In this document: positions 49,298-58,364 of the stretch, piece after piece
Numbering within the stretch: position 1 is the stretch's first letter
Layout of the letters: each line of letters starts with the position of its first letter
Source of the DNA: Candidatus Bathyarchaeota archaeon
GTDB taxonomy: Archaea; Thermoproteota; Bathyarchaeia; 40CM-2-53-6
Length of the DNA: 64,000 nucleotides
NCBI GenBank assembly: GCA_963733055.1
Contig: CAVTBR010000001.1
Span: forward strand, 576,001-640,000
Reading direction: 5' to 3'
The notes under the pieces: generated by a model
Database searches by the model: none
Told to the model about the DNA's origin: nothing
Seen by the model: only the letters and a program-made list of their open reading frames with translations
Made by a program: the position numbers and the translations under genes

Positions 49298-49729
49298 TTA
49301 GCCTGTGGGAGTATATGTGGCGGTATAGGTGGTGCTCTGGGTTGGGAAACTGGAGATGGAGCATCCGGGCCCGAGCCTCACCGTCACCGTGACGACTCCT
49401 GCGCCGAGGGTGATGGTTTGTGAGAAGGGGTATTCGTTGATGCCGCCTTGAAGCGTATACGTTCCGCTAGGGGCTACTATTGTGGCCACTCCATTCGGGC
49501 CAGTATATGCCCACTGGTCAAACGTGAAGCCTCGAAGTTGGACCGGCGCGTACGGAATCGGGTTACCGGCACAGTTGAGAACCGTAACCATAACCGAACC
49601 CGTACCTTGCTCTAGTGAAATTCCAACGCCGCTAACGACCACGCCAATAGCTCCAGGAACAGTAGATATCGCAAGAAAAGCAGTTACAACAAGCAACAGA
49701 CCGACTGATCCGAATTTTCGCAAACCCAT
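49298..49729 (-). CDS. Small secreted prealbumin/carboxypeptidase-regulatory-like domain protein (paralog 1 of 3)
   Basis: Signal peptide; CAGNPIP.A.VQL..W.YTGPNGVATI..P.G.Y..QGG..PFSQT..GPGCS; T/S tail. Confidence 0.75.
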   Translation of the reverse strand: MGLRKFGSVGLLLVVTAFLAISTVPGAIGVVVSGVGISLEQGTGSVMVTVLNCAGNPIPYAPVQLRGFTFDQWAYTGPNGVATIVAPSGTYTLQGGINEYPFSQTITLGAGVVTVTVRLGPGCSISSFPTQSTTYTATYTPTG

Positions 49730-49771
49730 AACACTAACACACACTAACAAGATAGTCAGCTCACGGGAAGG

Positions 49772-49786
49772 AATATCAGAGTTACC
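49772..49786 (-). promoter_or_regulatory. Conserved upstream element of the paralog family (variant GGTAACTCTGATATT)
   Basis: Similar to the identical 16-mers at 53701-53716 and 54191-54206. Confidence 0.5.
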
Positions 49787-49892
49787 CTCATTTATCACAC
49801 TGGCCCACTGAAAGAGTTGCCCCAAAACAATATTCTTCATTTGTGATGGCTAGGGCTTTAGGCCAGATTATCGCAGTAGAGGTAGGGTAAAG

Positions 49893-50099
49893 ATGGGAAT
49901 GCAAACCTACCACGTTGCTCTGGAAGAAGAGGAAGGCTGGTACGTAGTCCAATGCGTTGAACTACCAGGCGCAATCAGTCAGGGACGAACGCGCGAAGAA
50001 GCCCTAGCCAACATCAAGGAAGCCATCGAGCTTTTACTGGAACATCGAACGAGCAAGTTCGCTGGTCAGAGAGTAGAAGAGGTTGTCGTCTCAGCGTAG
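49893..50099 (+). CDS. hicB: HicB-family antitoxin
   Basis: GWYVVQCVELPGAISQGRTREEALANIKEAIEL. Confidence 0.9.
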   Translation: MGMQTYHVALEEEEGWYVVQCVELPGAISQGRTREEALANIKEAIELLLEHRTSKFAGQRVEEVVVSA

Positions 50100-50142
50100 G
50101 CTCCCTATCCTATCTTGGAATGTTGAGAAACCTATTAACTAG
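50083..50142 (+). pseudogene. Probable 5' remnant of a hicA gene
   Basis: TTG-initiated frame overlapping the hicB end reads SSQRRLPILSW, like the HicA N-terminus (compare KLPVVSG in 50398..50625), then stops at 50142. Confidence 0.45.
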
Positions 50143-50176
50143 CGCACTTCACATTCTGAAGAGAAGGGAACACGGC

Positions 50177-50401
50177 TTGGCGAAGAGATCTCTCGACTTT
50201 TCCTCGGTTGTTACCCAAGAGGGAAAATGGTATGTTGCTACCAGTCCCGAGCTTGGGATAACTAGTCAGGGGAAAAACTTCGAGGCCGCATTGGAGAACC
50301 TGCGCGAGGCCATCGAACTATACCTTGAGGATGACGAAGCGAAGGTTCCTGAAGTAAGCAGTCGGCCTATTGTGACCGTGGTCAAAGTTGCCCGGCCTTG
50401 A
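50177..50401 (+). CDS. hicB: HicB-family antitoxin
   Basis: EGKWYVATSPELGITSQGKNFEAALENLREAIELYLE; probable TTG start at 50177. Confidence 0.88.
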   Translation: MAKRSLDFSSVVTQEGKWYVATSPELGITSQGKNFEAALENLREAIELYLEDDEAKVPEVSSRPIVTVVKVARP

Positions 50402-50625
50402 GCAAACTCCCGGTGGTCTCTGGCCGCGAGATAATTAGGATTCTGACAAAGATCGGTTTCGAGATAGTTGGCCGCAAGGGAAGCCATGTCAGGCTGAAGA
50501 GACGCAGGAACAGAGAGCTATTGATAGTAGTAGTTCCCATGCATCGTGAACTTGCAAGAGGAACGCTCAGATCCATCCTGAGACAAGCCAACTTGACGAA
50601 CGAGGACTTGCTGCACCTATTGTAG
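50398..50625 (+). CDS. hicA: HicA-family mRNA interferase toxin
   Basis: KLPVVSGRE..GF..RKGSHV..VVPMH.EL..GTLRSILRQA; 4-nt overlap with hicB. Confidence 0.92.
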   Translation: MSKLPVVSGREIIRILTKIGFEIVGRKGSHVRLKRRRNRELLIVVVPMHRELARGTLRSILRQANLTNEDLLHLL

Positions 50626-50800
50626 ATCGGAAATTGAATTAGACTTCATTCAGCTTCCAAGCCATGGAAATATGCGTGCGATGATTCCAATCTAACCGGA
50701 AATTACTGTCGTTGTGGACGTTGTTCCGGGCCATAAGACTCGGTTAGTTCCTCAACGTAGGTTCTAAAAGTAAGTACGCTAGGGGATTGCCTCTCGTCTG

Positions 50801-51841
50801 ATGTTAGTGGAGTTACGCTTTGCAATGCGTCAGGTTGTGTGGGGGTGGCGGCGGAGTACCTGGGACGAAACAACTAGGAGGCTAGTTTACTTTTCCGCTG
50901 ACTGCGAATACCACAACAACTCCGCCAAGCTTCACGACTCACGCTTAGTGATCACCAGGCGAGGAAGTGAACTTGAAGGTCTTCGTGAAAGAGCGCTCAA
51001 GGTGAAGGGAGCTCACGTCGAGTTCACCAAAAACAACCTAACTCTTTCGATCGGACCCATTAGAGAGGAGGATGAACAGAGAATAGGGAGATTGGATGGA
51101 AGTAGAAGACATGCTGTACGTGATCTCAGCCATTTTCATGGAACCCGTGAATGGCAGCACCACCTCGAAGAGATAGCAAAAAAACGACCGCGTCTCGTTG
51201 TTTATGTTGGAAGTGGCCTTAGCTACGAGGCGGGAGTCCCAACACTATCCTCCATGCATAGACTGTTTGGAGTCGATGGTGGGCCGGGAACCGACTTCTG
51301 CCTCGGACCCACCGACCCCTTGATCGAAGTCTTGACCACTAAGACCTTCCTCTGGTTTGTGGGTAGGGTGCAACGGTTCCACTCCGCCTGCGCACGCGCC
51401 CAACCGTCTATATCCCATCGACACTTAGAACGAGCCTATCGAGCGAGACGAGTGGCGTTAATTCTCACGGACAATGTTGACGACATCCTCGAAAGACGCT
51501 TCTCAATGCCAACACTTCCAACCAGGGGGGATGGGCTCACATCCCAAAGATACGCTGGGTTAGATGAGGTTGTCAAGGTTGTTCACTCCAGCCCTCATGC
51601 TATGCTTGTCGTCGGCGTCTCCGCAGATCGGCGGGGCGTCATCGAAACCCTGGCTAAGCTAATGCCGACAATCGTCATCAACCCCGCACTCCCCGTATCC
51701 CCCTCCTCCAAGAACCTAGATTACCTTGAACCCTTAGGGTTCGAGGAAACGGGCGCATCCAAGAACGGCCACGTGTTCATTAAGCAACCAGCCAGAAAAT
51801 GCATGGGCAAAGTACTCTCACTCCTGAGCAAGGCGGGTTAG
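50801..51841 (+). CDS. Atypical Sir2/sirtuin-fold NAD-binding protein
   Basis: VYVGSGLSYEAGVPT, ILTDNVDD, LVVGVS and IVINP motifs in sirtuin order; no HG motif or Zn-Cys4 seen. Confidence 0.65.
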   Translation: MLVELRFAMRQVVWGWRRSTWDETTRRLVYFSADCEYHNNSAKLHDSRLVITRRGSELEGLRERALKVKGAHVEFTKNNLTLSIGPIREEDEQRIGRLDGSRRHAVRDLSHFHGTREWQHHLEEIAKKRPRLVVYVGSGLSYEAGVPTLSSMHRLFGVDGGPGTDFCLGPTDPLIEVLTTKTFLWFVGRVQRFHSACARAQPSISHRHLERAYRARRVALILTDNVDDILERRFSMPTLPTRGDGLTSQRYAGLDEVVKVVHSSPHAMLVVGVSADRRGVIETLAKLMPTIVINPALPVSPSSKNLDYLEPLGFEETGASKNGHVFIKQPARKCMGKVLSLLSKAG

Positions 51842-53173
51842 TTGAAGACAATCTCAATCTTCGGCCTTGGGCACGTTGGCTTAGTGAATGCGGTCTGCTT
51901 TACTCGAAGGGGCTACAAGGTAATCGGCATAGATGTCGACCCACAAAGATTGAAACAGATACAGAACGCCGAACCCCCTTTCATTGAAGCTTCCCTACCC
52001 GAGTACCTCGCAGATTCGATAAACAGAAAACTATTGCAAACAACAGATGACGCGTCATTAAACACCCAAGCCGACTACTGCTTCATAGCCGTTGAGACAC
52101 CAAGTAAGCCGGATGGAAGCGTAGACCTCAATCACGTGCAAGAGGCTTCGACGGCGATAGGGCGATCTCTACGAAAGAGGGACAATGACCAGCTGATTGT
52201 GATAATGAGCACGGTGCCTCCTGGAACCGCTCGAAACCTCGTCACCCCAACCCTTGAGAAAGAATCAGGGAAACGGAAAGGTCAGGGGTTCTGTCTTTGC
52301 TCGAATCCGGAGCTCTTTCGCCAGGGTGAAGCCATTCACGACACAGAACAACCCGACCGCATCATCATCGGCGGCGACGAACAAGACACTACAAGGCTTG
52401 AAACATTCTACAGAGAATTCTACCACGATAGGAATTACAAGGTACTCCGCACTACCCATGAGAACGCTGAGCTGATCAAATACGCGAATAGCGCGTTCAT
52501 CGCAGCAAAGATCAGCCTCATCAACTTCATAGCCGACATCGCCGAACAAGTCCCCCACGCCGACGTGAAAGCTATCGCAAAAGGCATCGGACTCGACCCC
52601 CGAATCGCGCCAGGCTCGCTACAGGCTGGGGTCGGATGGGGAGGACCCTGTCTTCCAAAGGATACCCTCGCCCTCACAAGGTTCAGCGAATCCCTGAACC
52701 TCGACACTGAACTACTTCAAGCCGTTCGGGCAGTCAATGCCGCGCACGGTTACAGGGCTGTAAAACTTGCAAAAGACGTGTTAGGTTCGCTGAAAGGAAA
52801 GAGAATTGCAGTTTTGGGGTTGGCGTTTAAGGCTGACACCAACAACATGAAAGACGCGCCTTCAATTGTAATCATCAAGGACCTGCTCGCCGACGGTGCA
52901 CATGTTGTGGCGTTTGACCCAAAATCCACCTCGACCGCAAGGAGTATGCTTGGAGACGGGGTTGAATATGCGAGCGACTCACTCTCGTGCATCAACCAAG
53001 CCGACTGCTGCATAATCGTCACGGAATGGAATGAATTCAAACAAATTCGACCAGAAACGTTTCTCAAGAAAATGAAGCAACCCATCGTAATAGATGGGAG
53101 ACGGATCTATGATGTCGATGCGTTTGCTAAAGCTGGCGTCCGGATCGTAGCGATCGGGGCATCCAAAAGCTGA
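51842..53173 (+). CDS. UDP-glucose/GDP-mannose 6-dehydrogenase family protein
   Basis: GLGHVGL, STVPPGT, SNPE, AELIKYANS, GWGGPCLPKD, GLAFK and DGR motifs. Confidence 0.9.
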   Translation: MKTISIFGLGHVGLVNAVCFTRRGYKVIGIDVDPQRLKQIQNAEPPFIEASLPEYLADSINRKLLQTTDDASLNTQADYCFIAVETPSKPDGSVDLNHVQEASTAIGRSLRKRDNDQLIVIMSTVPPGTARNLVTPTLEKESGKRKGQGFCLCSNPELFRQGEAIHDTEQPDRIIIGGDEQDTTRLETFYREFYHDRNYKVLRTTHENAELIKYANSAFIAAKISLINFIADIAEQVPHADVKAIAKGIGLDPRIAPGSLQAGVGWGGPCLPKDTLALTRFSESLNLDTELLQAVRAVNAAHGYRAVKLAKDVLGSLKGKRIAVLGLAFKADTNNMKDAPSIVIIKDLLADGAHVVAFDPKSTSTARSMLGDGVEYASDSLSCINQADCCIIVTEWNEFKQIRPETFLKKMKQPIVIDGRRIYDVDAFAKAGVRIVAIGASKS

Positions 53174-53225
53174 TCGGGTTCCCGTACTCGCGTCCTACCT
53201 TTTGCAACGCGAGTGACGAGTTGGT

Positions 53226-53666
53226 TTAGTGGGAGATTCTGGCCGTGTTCGAAGCAGTCTGGGTCGATACTGCGGTCTGTGTTGAGCTGCCGGAGGTGGA
53301 GGAGCATCCGGGTCCGACGTTCACCGTCACCGAGGCGCCGGCTGTGCCAACGGTTACGGTCTGGGAGAAGGGGAAGTTGCCGTAGCCGCCTTGAACCGTG
53401 TACGTTCCCACGGGAACTACTATGGTGGCTACTCCGTCCGCACCGGTGTAAAGCCACTGGCTTCGGCCGAGGCCCTGTAGTTGGACGATGGCGTTTGCTA
53501 TTCGGTTGCCGCCACAGTCCATAACTGTAACCCTAACCGCACCCGTAGCCTGCTGCGGCGAAAACCCGACCTCACCAAGCACAACGCCGACCGCTCCAGG
53601 AACCGTAGACACCGCGAGCAGCGCGGTTGTGATGAGCAGTAGTCCGATTAACCCAAATTTACGCAA
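53226..53666 (-). CDS. Small secreted prealbumin-like domain protein (paralog 2 of 3)
   Basis: Same signal peptide, DCGGN...GPGCS domain and S/T tail. Confidence 0.78.
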   Translation of the reverse strand: MRKFGLIGLLLITTALLAVSTVPGAVGVVLGEVGFSPQQATGAVRVTVMDCGGNRIANAIVQLQGLGRSQWLYTGADGVATIVVPVGTYTVQGGYGNFPFSQTVTVGTAGASVTVNVGPGCSSTSGSSTQTAVSTQTASNTARISH

Positions 53667-53700
53667 ACCGGCAGCACCAACAAAATTTCCCCTACACGAA

Positions 53701-53716
53701 CCATATCAGCATTACC
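53701..53716 (-). promoter_or_regulatory. Conserved promoter-position element GGTAATGCTGATATGG
   Basis: 35 nt upstream of TTG 53666; identical to 54191-54206. Confidence 0.6.
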
Positions 53717-53732
53717 ACGTCGCCGGTTTGGT

Positions 53733-54158
53733 CTAACGAGCAATTTTGGGCTGGTGGGCGGCTGCTGTCTGAGATATGGGCTGGACTACGATGCCGACGA
53801 TGGAGCATCCGGCTCCGAGGGTCTCGGTCGCTGTGAATCCCGCTGTGGTAAGGTTGATGGTTTGGTTGAAGGGGAATGTGGCGTAGCCGCCTTGAACAAC
53901 ATAGTTTCCCACGGGGGCTACTAATGTAGCTACTCCGTTCGGGGCGGTGTATATCCATTGGCTCGTCCCGAGGCTTTGCAGTTGGATCACTGCGTTCGGA
54001 ACTGGGTTACCGGCGCAGTCGTGAATTGTAACCGTAACCGTGCCGAGGGGAGAAATTCCTGTGTCTCCAAGAACGGTACCGAAAGTTCCTGGAACAATGA
54101 AAATAACAAGAGATGTGGCTAGAATCAGTGATAACCCAATTGCCCTAAATTTACTCAA
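53733..54158 (-). CDS. Small secreted prealbumin-like domain protein (paralog 3 of 3)
   Basis: DCAGNPVP..W.YTAPNGVATL..GAGCS. Confidence 0.78.
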   Translation of the reverse strand: MSKFRAIGLSLILATSLVIFIVPGTFGTVLGDTGISPLGTVTVTIHDCAGNPVPNAVIQLQSLGTSQWIYTAPNGVATLVAPVGNYVVQGGYATFPFNQTINLTTAGFTATETLGAGCSIVGIVVQPISQTAAAHQPKIAR

Positions 54159-54190
54159 TCGAAAGCACTAAGGTGGTTCTCGTTCACGGA

Positions 54191-54206
54191 CCATATCAGC
54201 ATTACC
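54191..54206 (-). promoter_or_regulatory. Conserved promoter-position element GGTAATGCTGATATGG
   Basis: 33 nt upstream of TTG 54158; identical to 53701-53716. Confidence 0.6.
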
Positions 54207-54405
54207 TCGGCTTCCGCAAGTGACAACCTGAAAGTGACCCTGCACGCGTAATTCTGAACGGTGTAAGGTCTACCCGCCCCTAGCTTTGGTCAACTAACCT
54301 GAGCGTTTTCTAGGTGATCCGTTAACTTCGGGGAACATGAACAAGTCCAACCCTCTGGCTTAGGATGATGCATCTAAACAAACTTCGAGATCAAATGCAA
54401 TTATT

Positions 54406-55224
54406 GTGAATGCCGCTGCCTCGAACGTTGCGGGGATGCGAGTGTTTGAGAGATCAAAGCGAACCTATCTTCTCTCTCTGATCATAGCCCTGATGCTTCT
54501 CTCTGCCTCGTTCAGTTCTTCGTTACCTAGACCCGCATTAGGGCAGTCCGCTGAGGCGAACGTGTTCTTTGACGATTTCCAATCTTACCATGTCGGTACA
54601 TTCTACCCGCTTGGAGGGTGGCAGTTCTTGGGCAACCCCAACATAGGCCTCATCAACATAACCGGCCTTAGATCGTATGCGGGTACAAGATCGCTGCTTC
54701 TGAATGACTCAAGCGTCCTGAGGTGGTTCGGTTTTCAGGCTCAGTCGGTCGGCTATGAGGTTGCTGTCTACGCGGCGGGCAGCGGCGATGGCAATTTCGG
54801 CGTAATGTTAGCCAATAGGCTTGGGTTCTTGAATCGGAATTATCAGTGTGGGTATTGCTTTTGGGCTGGGGTTGATTTCCTTAGCCCGAGCATGTCGATC
54901 TGGGTGGGCGACGGCAATCAGGTTAGGGTTGTGGGATCATGGGTCCCGGATGTGTGGTATATTGTCAGGGTGGTTCTCTCCGCGCCCACGTACACCTATG
55001 ATGTTTGGATAAATGGTACGCTGGTAGCACAAAACCTGCAAACATACTGGCCTCACGGCGAGCTTGTTGATTCAATTATCCTCCACGCCTACACGGGCCT
55101 AAACGTCTTCTTCGATAATGTGAGAGTCTTCGCCGCATTTTCCACGACCGGCGAAATCCAATCCAGCTTCCTCCTAGGCGCTACGGCAAGCCGTGAATGC
55201 TCTAGTCCGGATAACTTGGCCTAG
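54406..55224 (+). CDS. Secreted protein with ConA/LamG-like beta-sandwich
   Basis: Signal peptide; FFDDFQSY..G, W..DVWY.VRV, YDVWING and VFFDNVRV motifs. Confidence 0.65.
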   Translation: MNAAASNVAGMRVFERSKRTYLLSLIIALMLLSASFSSSLPRPALGQSAEANVFFDDFQSYHVGTFYPLGGWQFLGNPNIGLINITGLRSYAGTRSLLLNDSSVLRWFGFQAQSVGYEVAVYAAGSGDGNFGVMLANRLGFLNRNYQCGYCFWAGVDFLSPSMSIWVGDGNQVRVVGSWVPDVWYIVRVVLSAPTYTYDVWINGTLVAQNLQTYWPHGELVDSIILHAYTGLNVFFDNVRVFAAFSTTGEIQSSFLLGATASRECSSPDNLA

Positions 55225-55505
55225 CACCGGCTTTCACTGACCTCTCGCGGCTAAAGAAAGATACCCACGGAGTCGAGCCGTCCCAGGTGGGTGAACACCT
55301 TTTCGCGAGATGTCACCACCGGTGAGGGCATCTACGGTTCAATTGAACACAATCCAAGGTATCCCCGCGTTGAAGTAGGCCCACACGTAGCACACGTGGG
55401 CTACACCCTTGTTTTCAGGGCGTTTCCCGCGGGTGGCGTTGGATACATATTCAACACATGGTCCTATGCGCCCGTGGTTTTGTTGAAGATTGCATCTGGC
55501 TATAG

Positions 55506-57530
55506 CTAAGTTACTGTAACCTTAGCGGTTGCTTTGCTGGGCAGTAACTGCGGGCTTACGCTATAATCGCCAAGGAAGAACGCGTCCACATTGAATGGTC
55601 CGGTTGTATTGGGTGCCGTTACGTTGCACGTGTAATTCCCCAACGCCCCCCCGGTTTGGGTGGTCACCGTAACGATATTCGAACTCCAACTGACTACACA
55701 CTCAATCGGTTCACTCCCTATCCCGGCTCCACTCGAGACAAGCCTCAACTGACCCGAAACCGTGAACATGGTTCCATGCATTGGAGTCGAGTTCGAAGCA
55801 GTTGCCGTGATGTTGGTTTGGGCAGGCGACCCAATTGACCCGGACTGCAAGTTCAATGTGATCGTTCCCGGCCCGGAAAAAGTGACTGGTGTGACATCGC
55901 TTGACCCCCCGCAAGAGAGGCCCAGGGTACAGACCCAACTTGCAACTGAGTATCCAATTGGCACGTAACATGCGCTTACCGTACCGAAATTCGTGAAGTA
56001 TGCCATAGTCCCATCGGGTTCGTTCGAGTCCGCACATGCACCCCAACCAATCACAGTTAATGCAGGGATTATGTGGAAAGTCACCTGAGCCTGGAAGGTT
56101 GCCGTGAGCGATCCATCACCGGTAACGGTGCAGGCAGTTGGGTTACTGGTGCTACTAGTGCAACTCACGCCGGCCGTCCACGTCCAACGGACAAACTGCC
56201 AACCAGTCGAAGGCGAAGGCAAATTCGCCGTAGCTGAGAAACCAACACCACAATTCTGTGAAGACTGCCCATTCGTGAAGGGTCCGCCACCGCACGCGCT
56301 AATAGAACCTGCAGTAAACGCTCCGTCAAAACTCGTTGGAATCGTATTGAAAATAACCGTAGGAGGTTTGCTCTCGGTGAAGACTATTTGGCCGAGAACG
56401 GCGTTCGAATTGCAAGGACCCAGGTTAAGGTTGTTAGTTTCCCCCGTATAACCGATGTTCACGCAAGACGGTCCGATCACGCTTCCATGTTGATCCTTCA
56501 AAGTATTCGTGACGGTGATCGTTGTTCCCGTATTGAATTGCGCCTGAGAACCGTTACTCGCCCCGAAGACGTTGAATTCAGAATCAAGCCAGTTCAGGTA
56601 CAGATTCACAACCTGATCTGTGACGGTCATGGAATAGCAACTTCCCCCCGAGATACAGAGCATGTTAACGTCATTTCCAGAACTGCCAGAAAATCCCTCT
56701 AGGCTCAGGTTAGCAAGGTTCGTAGCTGCCTCCAATGGAGTGGGAACCAAAGGGCTGTTAGCATAACAGTCGTTATCGCTCTGCATCCAAGCGCTTCCGC
56801 CCGGAGGACCAGGGCTCGGGCAAGTTCCATAACTACTGTGGTAGCCGATTAGCCAATACTGGATAAACACTACTCCACAGTTACATCCGCTATTAACGCT
56901 TGGACTGTTATAAAACACGAATTGTTCCCAGCCTGTAGTTGACTTGCTCCCGGTGTAAGTTGTGCTAGTGGTGAAGAACTGCGAGTTGATTTGGAGAGTA
57001 TAGGCATTAGCTCCCTCACCTCCGCTTGTACAGAACGGGGGTGGTCCCACACACACATCAGTTTCGCTCGTCAATCCGAAGGTCCCAAGCGTTCCAATTG
57101 AGCTACCGATTATAGTGCCAGGAGACCGCGCAACTTCGTCATCTCCGTCACCGACAGTTGAAGTGGACCCGCCGACCGTTGCCGGTGAAGGTTGCACCGG
57201 CGGTGCGTAGGCGGAAACGCACTGAATCGGTTGCCAAATCGTACTCGGATAAGCAACCGTAAAGCATCCTGCTTGCGACGGCGGAATATGTGCGATTTGT
57301 GTTCTCCATGACGGCCAGTCTGTGGGAATCGATATGTTGGAAACCGTTGTAGTGGTAGAGTTTGCACCATCTGCCAACGGAACTGAGGGGTTCAATGGGT
57401 TGGGAGCTTTCATCAACGATTGCGACGAAAGTGGCACTGATTGAACACTGTGAATTAGTAAGACGGTGCTCAGCAAGAGAAGAGTAATGAGGAGTCTTGT
57501 TTTCGATCTGAACCGAACGGATGCAGGCAT
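55506..57530 (-). CDS. Secreted Cys-rich multidomain protein; putative thermopsin-like peptidase domain plus InlB-B-repeat/Ig-like domains
   Basis: Signal peptide; YTLQIN, WEQFV, DSEFNVFG..NGS and TGETNNL motifs; GWQFVRWT..C..CTVTGDGSLTATF repeat domain. Confidence 0.6.
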   Translation of the reverse strand: MPASVRFRSKTRLLITLLLLSTVLLIHSVQSVPLSSQSLMKAPNPLNPSVPLADGANSTTTTVSNISIPTDWPSWRTQIAHIPPSQAGCFTVAYPSTIWQPIQCVSAYAPPVQPSPATVGGSTSTVGDGDDEVARSPGTIIGSSIGTLGTFGLTSETDVCVGPPPFCTSGGEGANAYTLQINSQFFTTSTTYTGSKSTTGWEQFVFYNSPSVNSGCNCGVVFIQYWLIGYHSSYGTCPSPGPPGGSAWMQSDNDCYANSPLVPTPLEAATNLANLSLEGFSGSSGNDVNMLCISGGSCYSMTVTDQVVNLYLNWLDSEFNVFGASNGSQAQFNTGTTITVTNTLKDQHGSVIGPSCVNIGYTGETNNLNLGPCNSNAVLGQIVFTESKPPTVIFNTIPTSFDGAFTAGSISACGGGPFTNGQSSQNCGVGFSATANLPSPSTGWQFVRWTWTAGVSCTSSTSNPTACTVTGDGSLTATFQAQVTFHIIPALTVIGWGACADSNEPDGTMAYFTNFGTVSACYVPIGYSVASWVCTLGLSCGGSSDVTPVTFSGPGTITLNLQSGSIGSPAQTNITATASNSTPMHGTMFTVSGQLRLVSSGAGIGSEPIECVVSWSSNIVTVTTQTGGALGNYTCNVTAPNTTGPFNVDAFFLGDYSVSPQLLPSKATAKVTVT

Positions 57531-57808
57531 TTTCTTCGGCCCTTCACATTTTACGCTAAGGATCGAGCAAATTTATCCGTGTAGCCACTTTACTTGAACA
57601 GTTTCTTTCTTTTAGTCACTACACTTGACAAGTTTAGCAAAAAGAAACGCGGGTACCAAGACTTGGAATTCCAAGCTATATACCGGAAATTGCACCGCTA
57701 ATGTCGGCCTCACTAAGGGTAGAAAGATCATCCGTCTTAGGTCTAGGTTTCTGCGAACGCTGAACTTTTTTCAGAGTACACTATGAATAGCAATGAGAAG
57801 GCAATGGT

Positions 57809-58306
57809 TTGCGACGCGGCAACGTAAGACGAGTTACGGCCTTGATTCTGTTAGTTATCGGCGTGGCCGGTGTCAGCGCGACAGCTACTCTCTTGCTTGA
57901 GGGCCATCTCATCAGCCCGGGAATCATAACGGAAACCTCGACCAATCTCTCAAGCATACCGTTCAATTCTTCTGTATACTTGAGCTCTGACGTAGGTTCG
58001 TGCAGGGGACCAGCAGGGTACGCTCCTTGTTTTGGAGGCAATCTCAGTCATGCGGAAGTATTCAACTGTGTTGCCGCGGCTGCATCGGCGTCGGGGTGCA
58101 CTCAGCGTGTGGTGAGTTCATCGAATCCACAAAATAGTTTTCAGATAACTATCTGGTATCCCTACGTCGGCCATAGCAACGAGTCGTCGTGGGCGAACTG
58201 CATGTATACGGATAGCGGTGATCCGGGGCAGTATTACGGTGCATACTGTGTTTCAGTAAGTTCAACGGCATTCATCGTTACCGAACCAGCCCCGCCACCA
58301 CTCTGA
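57809..58306 (+). CDS. Small secreted or membrane-anchored Cys-rich protein
   Basis: N-terminal hydrophobic helix, 6 Cys, N-glycosylation sequons. Confidence 0.65.
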   Translation: MRRGNVRRVTALILLVIGVAGVSATATLLLEGHLISPGIITETSTNLSSIPFNSSVYLSSDVGSCRGPAGYAPCFGGNLSHAEVFNCVAAAASASGCTQRVVSSSNPQNSFQITIWYPYVGHSNESSWANCMYTDSGDPGQYYGAYCVSVSSTAFIVTEPAPPPL

Positions 58307-58364
58307 ACAAGTTTTGAAAACATTAAACCCGGGGGAGTTTTGTCGTCTCCGCCGTGCACCTAAG

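Noticed and set aside
55291-55509. 72-aa ORF as a gene or frameshifted continuation of 54406..55224
   Set aside because: No recognisable motif or clear frameshift junction.
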